A stretch of DNA of 64,000 nt from Thermoproteota archaeon (GTDB taxonomy: Archaea; Thermoproteota; Thermoprotei; Gearchaeales; Gearchaeaceae), in NCBI GenBank assembly GCA_021324265.1, contig JAJPJK010000009.1, positions 802 through 64,801 on the forward strand. Reading direction: 5' to 3'. The position numbers and the translations under genes are program-made. Within the stretch, counting starts at the first letter, position 1; every line of letters begins with the position of its first letter. The notes beneath the pieces are model-generated. The model was not told the origin of the DNA. It did not search any database and saw only the letters and a list, made by a program, of their open reading frames with translations. Below, one piece after another: positions 10,544 to 21,096 of the stretch.

Positions 10544-11560
10544 ATGGTGAGAGAAATAAGAAGTCTACAGGTAACAGGAGGAGAAACCTATATAGTTTCT
10601 CTTCCAAAAAATTGGATTAAATCACTCAAGCTAAATCCACATGACAAAGTTGTAATGGTCGAGAACGAGGATTCTTCTCTAGCAATATATCCTGCAAAGC
10701 TACTAGATAAAAAAACAAAGCGTAGCGTAACGTTGATGTTTGAAGAATTGATGGATGAAAACACGCTCATAAGAGAATGTATAGGTAGCTACCTTGCAGG
10801 TTATACGAACATAAAGATAATCTTCGATAAGAAAAACATTCAGAAAAAGGCCTTTGTGAAAAATACATTGCGAGATAAGCTCATTGGAATAGAAGTAATC
10901 GAAGAGGGAATCGATAATATGACTATACAGGTATTCGCCGAAACTAAGGAGGCTGGTTTGATTAAGACATTGAACAGGCTTTTCAGCGTTGTTTTTCTCA
11001 TGCTTGAGAATTTGCTTGAAGGCATGAAGGCCAATTTAGATATACTTAAGGAAGTTTCGAAGTTAGATGATGAAGTCGATAGATTTTATCATTTCATAAC
11101 GAGGCAAATAAACCTAGCAATAGAAGATCCATACTCAATGCTCGATCTAGGCGTATCGAAGAAGACAGTTCTGATAGAATATAGACTCTTTTCTAAGACT
11201 TTGGAACGCATCGCAGATCACATTAGCCTAATATCCAAGAATTATGTCGAAGCTGAAAAGGAAATAGACAAGGATGTCATGGAAGAACTGCTTAATATAG
11301 GCAGCGAAGTTAAGGCACTTTTCATGAAGGCTTCAAATGCCTTCCTAGATAATAAAGTCAAGATGGCGAGGGAAAATGCGCTTGAGATTGAAGAATTCAT
11401 AGCTGAGATCGATGCATCTTTAGAAAAAATTACAAGGCAAATAAGGGAAAGGGATGCACTGCCGCTTGTAAGGATGATTCTAGAAAGCTTCAGGAGAATT
11501 GCAGAGTATTCAATGGATATATGTGAACTCGCAATAAACATTGAGAAGTTAAATAAGTAG
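10544..11560 (+). CDS. AbrB/SpoVT-PhoU fusion phosphate uptake regulator
   Basis: N-terminal RSLQVTGGETYIVSLPKNW (AbrB-like) plus PhoU repeats (LERIADH, FRRIAEY). Confidence 0.92.
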   Translation: MVREIRSLQVTGGETYIVSLPKNWIKSLKLNPHDKVVMVENEDSSLAIYPAKLLDKKTKRSVTLMFEELMDENTLIRECIGSYLAGYTNIKIIFDKKNIQKKAFVKNTLRDKLIGIEVIEEGIDNMTIQVFAETKEAGLIKTLNRLFSVVFLMLENLLEGMKANLDILKEVSKLDDEVDRFYHFITRQINLAIEDPYSMLDLGVSKKTVLIEYRLFSKTLERIADHISLISKNYVEAEKEIDKDVMEELLNIGSEVKALFMKASNAFLDNKVKMARENALEIEEFIAEIDASLEKITRQIRERDALPLVRMILESFRRIAEYSMDICELAINIEKLNK

Positions 11561-11634
11561 CGGGCCCTGTGGGATTCGAACCCACGACCCCCCGGTTAAG
11601 AGCCGGGTGCTCAACCTGGCTAAGCTAAGGGCCC
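11561..11634 (-). tRNA. tRNA-Lys(CUU)
   Basis: Reverse complement GGGCCCT...CCCGG-CT-CTT-AA-CCGGG...GTTCGAATC...AGGGCCCG folds as a cloverleaf; CCA not encoded. Confidence 0.96.
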
Positions 11635-12075
11635 TCAGTCTTCGACTTTAATATTTAATTCACGGATCCTTTTAATTATTTTTGAAGTATCGTATAAGTC
11701 CTTATTAATCCTTTCCTTCAAACGCATGACCTCAGCTTTTATCCCATTTTCCTCTAAAAACTTATGCAGTTTCTCTTCATCAACTCGCTGATCAGGGCCT
11801 AGTAAAATTATGTCTGGCTTTATTTTCTTTATTATTTCGAAGATATTTTCGCCTTTATTGCCTAGCATTGCTTTGTAAACATATTTTATGCTTTGCACAA
11901 CTTCGAGCCTTTGTTTCTCACCTATCACAGGCTCTCTATTCTTGAATCTCCTAACATTCTCATCCCTAGCAACAACTACATATACCTTTCCCAGCTTGCT
12001 TGCTTGTTTGAATAAATAAATATGTCCAGGATGCAGGATTTCAAAGGTCCCAGTTACCATGACTTTTTTTACCAT
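11635..12075 (-). CDS. ribL: FAD synthetase (archaeal cytidyltransferase-like)
   Basis: MVKKVMVTGTFEILHPGH, VVVARD, PDIILLGPDQ; start moved to 12075. Confidence 0.88.
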   Translation of the reverse strand: MVKKVMVTGTFEILHPGHIYLFKQASKLGKVYVVVARDENVRRFKNREPVIGEKQRLEVVQSIKYVYKAMLGNKGENIFEIIKKIKPDIILLGPDQRVDEEKLHKFLEENGIKAEVMRLKERINKDLYDTSKIIKRIRELNIKVED

Positions 12076-12112
12076 AGCTAAGAATTTAGTTGATTTTTCA
12101 AATAAATTAACG

Positions 12113-12748
12113 ATGGAAAGGGTAATAGAGGAGCTTAAAGAACTAGGCATAATTAGACGTGAAGTTGTTGAGAAGGCATTGAAAGAAGTACCGAGAGCAG
12201 AGTTCTTGCCTGAAGAAGTTAGGCAATATGCGCATCTAGATACGCCAATACCAATTGGCTATGATCAAACTACATCTGCGATCCACATGGTTAGCATGCT
12301 ATGCGAGGAAACAGAGCTTGAGGAAGGAGATGAAGTACTAGAAATAGGTACTGGCTCTGGATACATGGCATGTGTTTACAGTAAGATCACGAAAAAGGAA
12401 GTCTTTACAATAGAGATCATTCCAGAACTTGCGAAATTCGCAAAGAAGAACTTGAGGAAGCTTGGAATGGATGCTTTCATTCATGTTATCAATGCAGATG
12501 CAACGTTTTCATTGCCTTTTAGAAATGATTTCGACGTCATCATAGTTACAGCTTGCTCTAAAGATATTCCTAAGGAATACATTGAAAAGCTCAAAGATAG
12601 AGGGAGACTGATAATGCCTGTAGGCGCATACAAGTTCTCGCAAGATTTGATACTCATCAAAAAGATAGGAAAAAAGCAGGAAATGAAAAAGATAACTGAA
12701 GTGGCTTTCGTACCATTAAGGGGTATTGGAAGAATTTATAATGATTAG
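12113..12748 (+). CDS. pcm: Protein-L-isoaspartate O-methyltransferase
   Basis: VPRAEF, PIPIGYDQTTSAIHMV, VLEIGTGSGY, FVPL; start moved to MERVI (12113). Confidence 0.93.
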   Translation: MERVIEELKELGIIRREVVEKALKEVPRAEFLPEEVRQYAHLDTPIPIGYDQTTSAIHMVSMLCEETELEEGDEVLEIGTGSGYMACVYSKITKKEVFTIEIIPELAKFAKKNLRKLGMDAFIHVINADATFSLPFRNDFDVIIVTACSKDIPKEYIEKLKDRGRLIMPVGAYKFSQDLILIKKIGKKQEMKKITEVAFVPLRGIGRIYND

Positions 12749-13773
12749 CTGAACCAAGCTTCTAGCCCTGTTTGGCCCTTCTTAAAAATGCTCGCACTTC
12801 TTAGCCTTTGAATCGCATTCTTAACCCTATCTTCAGAAAAGTCCTTCTCGCTACATAAGAAATCTATTATTCCCTTCTCATCAGGATAAGTCCATTCTAT
12901 TTTATAATCCTTTCTCACTTCAGGCTCCAAAAAGAGCTTCTTTATCCTTTCATATTCTTCGCTATATTGAATGTTCAAGCTTGAAAGCGCCTTTTTGAGA
13001 TTCCCATATGTCGTTATTAGATTTAGTGCCCTCTTAGGACCTATCCCCTCAAAGCCTTCATTGTAATCTGTGCCTATCAATATTCCAAGCTCAATGAGCT
13101 GCTCTCTGTTTATATGCAAACTGTTAAAGACATCGTTCAGTTCAATCAACTCTGGAGAAATCTCTACATATGCCTCAACCCTAGGAAGCTTCCTCTTACC
13201 AGAGATCGTCAAGTTCCTTACCAATCTTGGAGCACCATAGAGTAGAGAATCATAATCTTGGCTAGCAGCAGCCCAAGCATCGCCTTTAATGGCTAGATAA
13301 GCTGCTTGCGCTTCGCCTTCTGAAGGACTTTCTACATAAGGTATGCCCATTAGGCTAAGAAGTTTTTTGCTATCTTCGACCATCTCATCGCTCAATCTTA
13401 CTGTACGCATGGCATAGGACTTAGCCTCTTTAAGCTCGCCTTTCTCATATGCCTCCTTGTACTTTTCCTCAGCTTCTTCCTTCAACTTCTTTCTCCGCTC
13501 TAATTCTTTCTGCTTTAAGCTAGGCGGCCTCCCATCAAAAACATAGACTGGCTTTATCCCTAGCTCTACTAAATTGACAGTCCTATAGAAAAGTCCAGAA
13601 ATATGGCTGGTTATCTGCCCTAACCTGTTCATAAGAGGCGTCCCATCAGCCTGCCTAATAGCAGAAAGATACTGATAAAGTGCATTATAAGCATCGATCG
13701 CAATTATTTTACCTGCTAAATCTTCGAGTTTTATGTTTTTTCGGGGAATTATGTCAGCCAGATCTACCCCCAT
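12745..13773 (-). CDS. fen: Flap endonuclease 1
   Basis: MGVDL, IDAYNALYQ, EGEAQAA, SQDYD, GTDYN, C-terminal PIP box QTGLEAWF. Confidence 0.98.
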   Translation of the reverse strand: MGVDLADIIPRKNIKLEDLAGKIIAIDAYNALYQYLSAIRQADGTPLMNRLGQITSHISGLFYRTVNLVELGIKPVYVFDGRPPSLKQKELERRKKLKEEAEEKYKEAYEKGELKEAKSYAMRTVRLSDEMVEDSKKLLSLMGIPYVESPSEGEAQAAYLAIKGDAWAAASQDYDSLLYGAPRLVRNLTISGKRKLPRVEAYVEISPELIELNDVFNSLHINREQLIELGILIGTDYNEGFEGIGPKRALNLITTYGNLKKALSSLNIQYSEEYERIKKLFLEPEVRKDYKIEWTYPDEKGIIDFLCSEKDFSEDRVKNAIQRLRSASIFKKGQTGLEAWFS

Positions 13774-14005
13774 GATCTTTCAACATGATTATTTTCGTAT
13801 CCCTTTGATTTATAACTAAAATTTTGTCCATGAGCTCAAGATACATAAGAGCCTTATAGACCTCTTTTTTTGAAGGTAGCTCAACTAGATTCTTTTTTAT
13901 TTTAAAGGCATCCTTCAATTCTTCCATGAGTTCATCCTCACTCAAATTGTTCTTCTTTTTCAAAATATCATAGATGACATTCTCGAGCGGTAGCCTGTAA
14001 TTCAT
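13754..14005 (-). CDS. Small winged-helix-like hypothetical protein
   Basis: 83 aa, overlapping both cdc48 and fen; KALMYLEL..KI wHTH-like pattern. Confidence 0.65.
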   Translation of the reverse strand: MNYRLPLENVIYDILKKKNNLSEDELMEELKDAFKIKKNLVELPSKKEVYKALMYLELMDKILVINQRDTKIIMLKDHGGRSG

Positions 14006-16185
14006 AAAAATTGAAGCGCAGAGGGTTTTGTCTGGAAGAGCTGCCTCGATTTATTATACCAGTCTAGATAGAAGTTCACGAGCGCCTCATTTGCAGAGGG
14101 CCTTACCTTCTTAAGCACTTCAAGGAAGTGCTTCATGGAAACCCTTTCATCTTTATTCCTTATCGCCAAGAGTGCAGCCTCTCTGCATATACTCTTAATA
14201 TCTGCACCAGTATACCAGTTCGTCATCTTCGCTAGCTGTAGGACATCAATGTCTTTATCTACCTTCATCTTTGATATATATAGCCTGAAGATCTCGGCTC
14301 TCTCAGTCTCATTGGGAGGAAGAATCAAGAGCACCTTATCGAATCTGCCAGTTCTAAGTATAGCGGGATCAAGAAGATCTGGCCTGTTCGTAGAGCCGAG
14401 AACGAAAACTAAATCCTTATTATCGAAGCTATCAAGCTCTGTTAAGAACTGGCTCAATACCAAATCATATACTTCGCTGCTATAATTGCCCTTCGTCGAA
14501 GCTATAGCCTCAATTTCATCGAAGAAGATTATCGCCGGAGATGCCATTTTAGCTTTCCTGAATATCTCTCTTATCGCCCTTTCAGACTCACCTACCCACT
14601 TGCTATATATTGAAGGACTGTTTACAGAGATGAAGTTTATTCCGCTTTCATTCGCTATTGCTTTTGCGAGCATTGTTTTACCAACGCCCGGAGGACCTAC
14701 GAGCAAAATCCCTCTTACAGGCTCTATCCCGAATTCCTTGTATACATTGCCCTCCTTTACAGGAAGGATCAAGGAATCGTAGAGCTCTCGCTTAGCATCT
14801 TCAAGACCCCCTATATCGCTCAGCTTAATATTAGGCTTCTCGAAATAAACCTCTCTGAGTGCACTAGGAGTTATTTCCTTCAAAGCCTTGAGGAAATCTT
14901 CATTCTTAACTTCTACCTTCTCTATTATTTCAGGTGAAAGCTTCTTATTTGAATTGAGATCGGGCAAGTATCTCCTTATTGCTATCATTGCAGCCTCTCT
15001 TACAAGCGCAGCTAGATCTGCACCTACGAAGCCATGCGTTACTTCAGCGAGATAATCTAGATTAACGTCCTGCGAAAGCGGCATATTCCTTGTATGGATT
15101 TGAAGGATTTCGAGCCTACCGCTCTTATCTGGAACTGGGAATTCGATTTCTCTATCAAATCTCCCCGGTCTTCGAAGTGCAGGATCTAGCATGTTTGGCA
15201 CATTCGTTGCTCCTATAACAACGACATTATCCCTCTGCTCCAAGCCATCCATTAATGCTAATAGCTGAGCAACGACGCGCTTCTCAACTTCACCATGTAC
15301 TTCCTCTCTCCTAGGAGCTATGGCATCGATTTCATCTATGAATATTATCGAAGGTGCATGTTGCCTTGCATCCTCGAATATCTCTCTAAGCCTAGCTTCA
15401 GATTCACCGTAATATTTGTTCATGATTTCAGGGCCGTTTACAGAAATGAAATATGCTGCACTTTCATTGGCAACAGCCCTAGCTAACAAAGTCTTACCTG
15501 AGCCAGGAGGGCCATAGAGCAATATGCCTTTAGGCGGATCGATGCCTAGCCGCTTGAAGAGCTCAGGATAGCGAAGTGGAAGTTCGATGAGCTCCCTTAC
15601 CTTTTCTATGATCCTCTTAAGGCCACCAATGTCCTCATAAGAAACTCTGTATCTCGCTAGCTCAGAGACTGGCTTCTCAAGGAGGACAAGATTTGTACTG
15701 CTATCTATTATCACAATACCATTGGGCTTCGTAGATACTACCTTGAAAATGAGACTATATTCAAGGCCTGGAACTTGGACCAAATCTCCTTCCAAAACTG
15801 GTCTATTCATGAGTTTATTCTTTATGTATAGCAGCGATGACTGATCTATGTTAATTGCATGATCTTGTGGTGCAAGTCTAACGAGCTCAGCTACACTATA
15901 ATCGGCTTTCCTAACAACAACCCTTTCTCCCAGTGAAACATTGGCATTCTTCCTAAGCAATCCATCCATCCTTATTATTTGGAGACCTTCATCTTCTGGC
16001 ATCGCAGGCAATGCTAGAGCAACAGTCTTAGATTTACCTTCAATTTCAACTACAGGAAGATCACCCAGATTTAGCTTCTCTAGCAAAGAACCATCGATCC
16101 TCACCCTTCCCTTTCCAACATCTCTTTGCTTAGCTTCCGCTACTCTTAGAACGATCTCTCGCTTCTCTTGGGAAGAAGATTTCAT
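14002..16185 (-). CDS. cdc48: CDC48/VAT family AAA ATPase
   Basis: N-domain ([12 protein letters not shown]) and two AAA modules ([22 protein letters not shown]). Confidence 0.97.
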   Translation of the reverse strand: MKSSSQEKREIVLRVAEAKQRDVGKGRVRIDGSLLEKLNLGDLPVVEIEGKSKTVALALPAMPEDEGLQIIRMDGLLRKNANVSLGERVVVRKADYSVAELVRLAPQDHAINIDQSSLLYIKNKLMNRPVLEGDLVQVPGLEYSLIFKVVSTKPNGIVIIDSSTNLVLLEKPVSELARYRVSYEDIGGLKRIIEKVRELIELPLRYPELFKRLGIDPPKGILLYGPPGSGKTLLARAVANESAAYFISVNGPEIMNKYYGESEARLREIFEDARQHAPSIIFIDEIDAIAPRREEVHGEVEKRVVAQLLALMDGLEQRDNVVVIGATNVPNMLDPALRRPGRFDREIEFPVPDKSGRLEILQIHTRNMPLSQDVNLDYLAEVTHGFVGADLAALVREAAMIAIRRYLPDLNSNKKLSPEIIEKVEVKNEDFLKALKEITPSALREVYFEKPNIKLSDIGGLEDAKRELYDSLILPVKEGNVYKEFGIEPVRGILLVGPPGVGKTMLAKAIANESGINFISVNSPSIYSKWVGESERAIREIFRKAKMASPAIIFFDEIEAIASTKGNYSSEVYDLVLSQFLTELDSFDNKDLVFVLGSTNRPDLLDPAILRTGRFDKVLLILPPNETERAEIFRLYISKMKVDKDIDVLQLAKMTNWYTGADIKSICREAALLAIRNKDERVSMKHFLEVLKKVRPSANEALVNFYLDWYNKSRQLFQTKPSALQFL

Positions 16186-16192
16186 CTTAATT

Positions 16193-16462
16193 TTAAATTA
16201 AGGATACGAATTCGATTTCTACTTGCTCCACACCGTTTATCTGCGAAAGGAATTCCTCTATTTTTGAAGTACCTCCTTCAGTATTATCTGGGATCGCAAG
16301 ATAGAGCTTGAGTGCATTGAGGCCGAAAGCGACGGGCTCTATCTTATATCCTTTGAGCTCTACATTTTGAGGAAGCTGGTTCTTAACAGATTGATAGATC
16401 TGCTCAAGGTTTAAGTTTATATCATTCGGCAAAACCTTCGCAACGACCAATACCTTTCCCAT
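16193..16462 (-). CDS. ef1b: Translation elongation factor aEF-1beta
   Basis: KVLP, EPVAFGLNAL motif, 89 aa. Confidence 0.95.
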   Translation of the reverse strand: MGKVLVVAKVLPNDINLNLEQIYQSVKNQLPQNVELKGYKIEPVAFGLNALKLYLAIPDNTEGGTSKIEEFLSQINGVEQVEIEFVSLI

Positions 16463-16463
16463 T

Positions 16464-16643
16464 TCAAGGACCCTTAAAACCGCACTTAACGCAGGTATAT
16501 GATACGACGAGCTTCCTGCATTTCTCGCACCTTACAATTATGCTGCCTCCGCAATTAGGACAAGGGAATTTTACTGCTCTTTCATATGGAGGAATGATCC
16601 TATTGCAAGAGCTACATCTGCTAAGCGTTACTCCAAGACTCAT
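16464..16643 (-). CDS. Zinc-ribbon protein (DUF1610/HVO_2753 family), 59 aa, missed by ORF track
   Basis: Manual translation MSLGVTLSRCSSCNRIIPPYERAVKFPCPNCGGSIIVRCEKCRKLVVSYTCVKCGFKGP; four CxxC; conserved position upstream of aEF-1beta. Confidence 0.92.
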   Translation of the reverse strand: MSLGVTLSRCSSCNRIIPPYERAVKFPCPNCGGSIIVRCEKCRKLVVSYTCVKCGFKGP

Positions 16644-16675
16644 GAATAGTGATATTCGTAAACATATTAATAAAT

Positions 16676-17815
16676 CTATGCGCGACCCAAAAAAGAATTT
16701 ATAAGGCTTTTCAAACCTTTTCTCGAAAAACTTAAGTCTTTTATAAATAGTGAGATGACATTTTCATGGAAGTCTTGCATATCGATGCTTATTTCCTTGA
16801 TCGCTCCGCTATTAACTATGGAATCAAGGATTATTTCTTTCTGCCTTTGAGACATATTGAAGAAAAGCTTCGAGAAGCGCTGCATTCTGTTAATCCTTTC
16901 TACTATATACTTCTTAGTAAGTGAGTTGATTTTATAAAGCACTTTGGGATCAAAACTTTCTAAATAACTAGGGAATAAGGATCCTATTATTTTAGAGCCC
17001 AGCGTGCCGAAGAAAAGACCTCCTCCTGTAGTTGGCTTTACATGTCCTGCAGAATCGCCTATAAATGCGACTCTAGAGAAAACGTTTTCTTTCAAAGCAC
17101 CTCCTATTACAATTCTTCCGCTGTATACAGCGCTTATTTTCCCCTTTATCCTCCTTTTCTCTATGAACTTATCCAATGCGAGTTTTGGAGAAATCTTAGA
17201 ATTCGCTAAACCGACCAAAAAGCTAGAACTTGAAGTAGGTGCTAGCCATGCAAAGAAGCCCTCTGCTTCTTTAGCGAATATGATCTCAACAGCTTCTTGA
17301 TCTTCTACTTCACCCTCGATCTCGTATTGCATGCCAGGTATTGATTCAGGTGTTTTCATGAAAGGCAGCAAGCTAGGTCTAGAGCCAGCAGCATATATAA
17401 GACCTTTAGCATAATGAACATCGCCTGCATCTACGACTACTTTATCCTTCTGTATATCGATTTTCTTCACTCTCTTGCCGGTGAATATTTTGCAGCCTAA
17501 TTTAGAGGCTTCTTCATAGAGAAGCTCTTCAAATCTTATCCTATCAAGCACGAGCGTAACATCTGAAGGGAAGCTAAGATCGAAGCTTTTATTATCATAT
17601 TTAAAGACAGCCCTTTTGACTTTGTTTACAATGCTACCGAATGCTGCATTTCCTATCAACTTCGCTGCATCATTGCTTATTATACCTGTGCAGTGCCTAG
17701 GTATTCCTATCTTCCTATCTTCTTCCAGAACAATGACTTCATTACCATTTTTAGCGAGTTCAATTGCTGAATAAAGACCTGATGGACCAGCGCCAACTAT
17801 GATGAAATCGAGCAT
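16676..17815 (-). CDS. Geranylgeranyl reductase-family FAD-dependent oxidoreductase
   Basis: IIVGAGPSG, PRHCTG, FFAWLAP, IGDSAGHVKPTTGGG. Confidence 0.88.
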   Translation of the reverse strand: MLDFIIVGAGPSGLYSAIELAKNGNEVIVLEEDRKIGIPRHCTGIISNDAAKLIGNAAFGSIVNKVKRAVFKYDNKSFDLSFPSDVTLVLDRIRFEELLYEEASKLGCKIFTGKRVKKIDIQKDKVVVDAGDVHYAKGLIYAAGSRPSLLPFMKTPESIPGMQYEIEGEVEDQEAVEIIFAKEAEGFFAWLAPTSSSSFLVGLANSKISPKLALDKFIEKRRIKGKISAVYSGRIVIGGALKENVFSRVAFIGDSAGHVKPTTGGGLFFGTLGSKIIGSLFPSYLESFDPKVLYKINSLTKKYIVERINRMQRFSKLFFNMSQRQKEIILDSIVNSGAIKEISIDMQDFHENVISLFIKDLSFSRKGLKSLINSFLGRA

Positions 17816-17849
17816 GTTTTATATTACATACAACTTCGATAAATAGGGC

Positions 17850-18197
17850 ATGAAGCAAGCCATTGTTGTGAGGACAGATATAAAGATGGGGAAAGGTAAG
17901 CTAGCTGCACAGGTTGCACATGCATCGTTAGCAGCTTTCTTAGAATCAATGGAGAAGAATAGAGCTAAAGTAGAAGCATGGCTTTCCGAAGGCCAGAAAA
18001 AAATTGTACTCAAGGCAGAGAGCTTGGAAAAACTCATGGATTTATATAAGAAAGCAAAGGAAAAAGGCCTAGTTGCAGTTTTAATAGAGGACAAAGGGCT
18101 AACTCAGCTTGAACCGGGAACAATAACATGCATCGCTATTGGACCAGATGAAGATAGAAGCATAGATGAAATAACATCGAAGCTCAAGCTTCTTTAG
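17850..18197 (+). CDS. pth2: Peptidyl-tRNA hydrolase Pth2
   Basis: VRTDIKMGKGKLAAQVAHA, DKGLTQLEPGT..IGP. Confidence 0.97.
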   Translation: MKQAIVVRTDIKMGKGKLAAQVAHASLAAFLESMEKNRAKVEAWLSEGQKKIVLKAESLEKLMDLYKKAKEKGLVAVLIEDKGLTQLEPGTITCIAIGPDEDRSIDEITSKLKLL

Positions 18198-19480
18198 GGC
18201 ACTAATCTATCCACATCTCTTGGGAAAAGTACTGCTTCTCTTATGTTCTTCTTCGCTGTAAGCATCATTAGTAGCCTTGAAATCCCAAGCCCAAAGCCTG
18301 CATGCGGAGGCGATGCAACATCTAGTGCTTTTATGAATATATCGAAGTTCTCAACATTTAGGTTATTTCGCTTAAGCTTCTCTATGAGGACTTCACTTTT
18401 ATTTACCCTCTCTCCACCTGAAGCTATTTCAAGGAAGCCAAAATTCAGATCAAAAGACCTCGTTATTCTCGGATCATTTTCATGTTCCTTTGTATAGAAA
18501 GGCCTTAGCGAAGAAGGCCAGTCCTTTATGAAGTAAAATCTTTGCCCTATTTTTTCGCTGAGCAGGCTTAGTGCTAACTGAGGAATATCATCACCCCATT
18601 TATAGCCCTTATCTTTAAGATGATCAATCGCTTCATCATAACTCATCCTTTCGAATTTATAGTTCAAATCCAAAGCATTCAAGCCAAGCTTATCGAAATA
18701 TTCTTTCGCTTCTTCATACGTCCTATTTATAGCATACTTGAGTAGTTCTTCAAGTAAATCCATTATATCTTCATAACTATAAAAGGCACACTCAACGTCA
18801 AAAGATATGAACTCGGCTAAATGGTAATTCGTCCTAGATTTCTCAGCCCTATAATACTGAGCTATTTCAAAGACCTTCTCGAATACACCTGCACACATTT
18901 CTTTGTAAATTTGCGGACTTTGTGCAAGATATGCATCCTTTCCGAAATAGTCTACCTTGAAAAGCTCAGCACCTCCTTCCGTTGCGAATCTAATTATCTT
19001 TGGAGTGAAGATTTCTACGAATCCTCTGCTGTACAAAAAATCTCTTATGTTCTTTACAAGTACGCTCTGGATTTTGAAAGTGTAGAAGTATTCCTCTCGC
19101 CTTAATGAGATATATCTCGCATCTAAGATCTTAGGAAGCTCGGCATCTATTTTACCGCTAACATCAATGGGCAGTGGATGCTTCGCCTTGGCTAGTATCT
19201 CGATATCCTCAGGTATTATCTCATAGCCCAGCTTAGCGATTTGTGAACGAATGACTTTACCGCGAATTCTTATGACATCTTCATGGTGCAGCTTACTCAC
19301 CTTTTCTAGTAATTCTTGCTTATGTTCACTTTTCTTTACCGTTACCTGTGCTTTTCCTGTCGAATCTCTAAGGATGATGAAAATAATAGGCTTCGTTTCC
19401 CTGATCTCATGTACCCAGCCATAGAAATCTGCGCTTGTATTTTCTAGACTAGCAATATCTTTTATATAGTACTTTTTCAT
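18194..19480 (-). CDS. aspS: Aspartate--tRNA ligase (archaeal type)
   Basis: GWVHEIR OB-fold, TEGGAELF, AYLAQSPQIYK, PPHAGFGLG, FPRD. Confidence 0.95.
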   Translation of the reverse strand: MKKYYIKDIASLENTSADFYGWVHEIRETKPIIFIILRDSTGKAQVTVKKSEHKQELLEKVSKLHHEDVIRIRGKVIRSQIAKLGYEIIPEDIEILAKAKHPLPIDVSGKIDAELPKILDARYISLRREEYFYTFKIQSVLVKNIRDFLYSRGFVEIFTPKIIRFATEGGAELFKVDYFGKDAYLAQSPQIYKEMCAGVFEKVFEIAQYYRAEKSRTNYHLAEFISFDVECAFYSYEDIMDLLEELLKYAINRTYEEAKEYFDKLGLNALDLNYKFERMSYDEAIDHLKDKGYKWGDDIPQLALSLLSEKIGQRFYFIKDWPSSLRPFYTKEHENDPRITRSFDLNFGFLEIASGGERVNKSEVLIEKLKRNNLNVENFDIFIKALDVASPPHAGFGLGISRLLMMLTAKKNIREAVLFPRDVDRLVP

Positions 19481-19481
19481 T

Positions 19482-19988
19482 TCATTCCAAAATTATCCTA
19501 ACCTTTGAAGATAATAAATCACTAAGTAGGTGTTCTAGCTCTAAGATGTCTTCGCCCAACCTCTTTGCATCCCCTCCACTTAATCTAATAGCATATTCAT
19601 GCGTGCCATCAGGTGCCCAGACCTCATTGACGCTAAGTACTCTTGCAGGATACATGACCTGATTCACCAATCTTTTAACATCATTACTTTTCTCAACTAT
19701 CCTAACATTCTTGGATATCTTATTTGAAAGTAGCTTGGATATACTTGAAAGAAAAGCTGGATTGAAGAAATCATTTGATGAAAGCACAACTATTAGGGTA
19801 TTTTTGCCTATTTCTCCTACGAAATCGAGGCTAGCATTCTGAAGTTCTCTAAATCTAGGCTCAGCTTCATAGAGGAATCTAGCAATGTTAATCTCGACGG
19901 GCGAAACTATAGAATTCTTTATCTTATACTCACATTGCTCGCAATATACTCCACTCGTAGCACAAACCTTACAAATTCTAGCCTTCAT
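19482..19988 (-). CDS. Archaeal NusA-like KH protein with N-terminal zinc finger
   Basis: ICKVCATSGVYCEQC, VRIVEK, YPARVLSVNEVWAPDG. Confidence 0.75.
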   Translation of the reverse strand: MKARICKVCATSGVYCEQCEYKIKNSIVSPVEINIARFLYEAEPRFRELQNASLDFVGEIGKNTLIVVLSSNDFFNPAFLSSISKLLSNKISKNVRIVEKSNDVKRLVNQVMYPARVLSVNEVWAPDGTHEYAIRLSGGDAKRLGEDILELEHLLSDLLSSKVRIILE

Positions 19989-20057
19989 TTTTAATACAAC
20001 TAATTATTGATGAGAATTCGTTAAATATTTAAATCTCTGCTTTTTCAACTTTAATGT

Positions 20058-20222
20058 ATGCCAGTTACGGATCCTGAAAAGATACAGCTTGCTCAAAGAT
20101 ATTTGCTATTCGTTAAGATATGCAGAGAATGTGGTGCTAGGAACTCTATAAAAGCTGAAAGATGCAGGAAGTGTAGAAAGAAGAATTTGAGGCTCAAGAG
20201 AAGAGAAATAGCTAAGAGGTAA
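20058..20222 (+). CDS. rpl40e: 50S ribosomal protein L40e (54 aa, missed by ORF track)
   Basis: Manual translation MPVTDPEKIQLAQRYLLFVKICRECGARNSIKAERCRKCRKKNLRLKRREIAKR. Confidence 0.95.
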   Translation: MPVTDPEKIQLAQRYLLFVKICRECGARNSIKAERCRKCRKKNLRLKRREIAKR

Positions 20223-20241
20223 TCAGCACATTATTTTTTCA

Positions 20242-20316
20242 GGGCTGGTGGTCGAGCCTGGTTAAGATGCCTGCCTCACACGCAGGAGGACCCCGGTTCG
20301 AATCCGGGCCAGCCCA
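20242..20316 (+). tRNA. tRNA-Val(CAC)
   Basis: GGGCTGG/CCAGCCC acceptor stem; CCTGC-CT-CAC-AC-GCAGG anticodon arm; TTCGAAT T-loop. Confidence 0.96.
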
Positions 20317-21066
20317 TCAAGCTGGTGAAGAAGTTTCCCAAAGATACATGAAGTAATTCTTAGCAAAGCTTGCAAGACCTATGTGATCAGACCATAGTGC
20401 AGCAGGCTCTCCTCCTTCCTCTGGCAATAATAGCAGGACTTCCTTTGAGTCTGCGATCATTCCGCCACCAAACATCTTCCCAGCAATCCTGACTTGAGCA
20501 ATTGTCTTCAAAGAATCGACATAGGTCCTTGAGAGATCATTGCTTACTATGATGAAGGCCTTGACGTTTTTAAGGCTTAGTCCTCCTAATATCGCAGAAA
20601 CTGAGAGTAAACTTTCTGAAATCTTAGGTATGGAGGCGAATATCTCAAGTCTACAGCGAGTTATCATGTCCTTGAGCTTTGCGATGATCTCATCTTTTCC
20701 CCTCATCAGCCAAACATCAGACTTCTCTTTCACGCCTTTCTTCTCAAAGAAATAAGATAATTCTGAAAGTGCAGCTTCTATATTACTTTGAATCTTCTCT
20801 TCCATTTCCTTTCTTAGCTTTTCGAAAGCAGTCTTAGGCTCAACTGGATGATAAATAGCGGGCCTTTTGTCCTCGATCTTTATAAACCCCTTCTTTTCCA
20901 AACTGGAAACAACTTCGTATATCTTGTTATATGGCACATGTGAAATCCTGCTAAGCTCAACAGCATTAAGGCCGCCATAGGATACTAGCGTAGAATATAC
21001 TTTTACTTCATAGGATGAAAGGCCTAGATCGAGCAAAGCCTTCTTTGCCTTATCGGATAATATCAT
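20317..21066 (-). CDS. TrmB-family transcriptional regulator (HTH + effector domain)
   Basis: LGLSSYEVKVYSTL, SHVPYNKIYEVVSSLEKKGF, RPAIYHPVEP, ADSKEVLL. Confidence 0.92.
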   Translation of the reverse strand: MILSDKAKKALLDLGLSSYEVKVYSTLVSYGGLNAVELSRISHVPYNKIYEVVSSLEKKGFIKIEDKRPAIYHPVEPKTAFEKLRKEMEEKIQSNIEAALSELSYFFEKKGVKEKSDVWLMRGKDEIIAKLKDMITRCRLEIFASIPKISESLLSVSAILGGLSLKNVKAFIIVSNDLSRTYVDSLKTIAQVRIAGKMFGGGMIADSKEVLLLLPEEGGEPAALWSDHIGLASFAKNYFMYLWETSSPA

Positions 21067-21096
21067 TATTCAGAAATTATTGAATTTACTTTTATA

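Noticed and set aside
19989..20057. Possible C/D box sRNA (TTGATGA)
   Set aside because: No matching CTGA box D; the region is explained by divergent promoters
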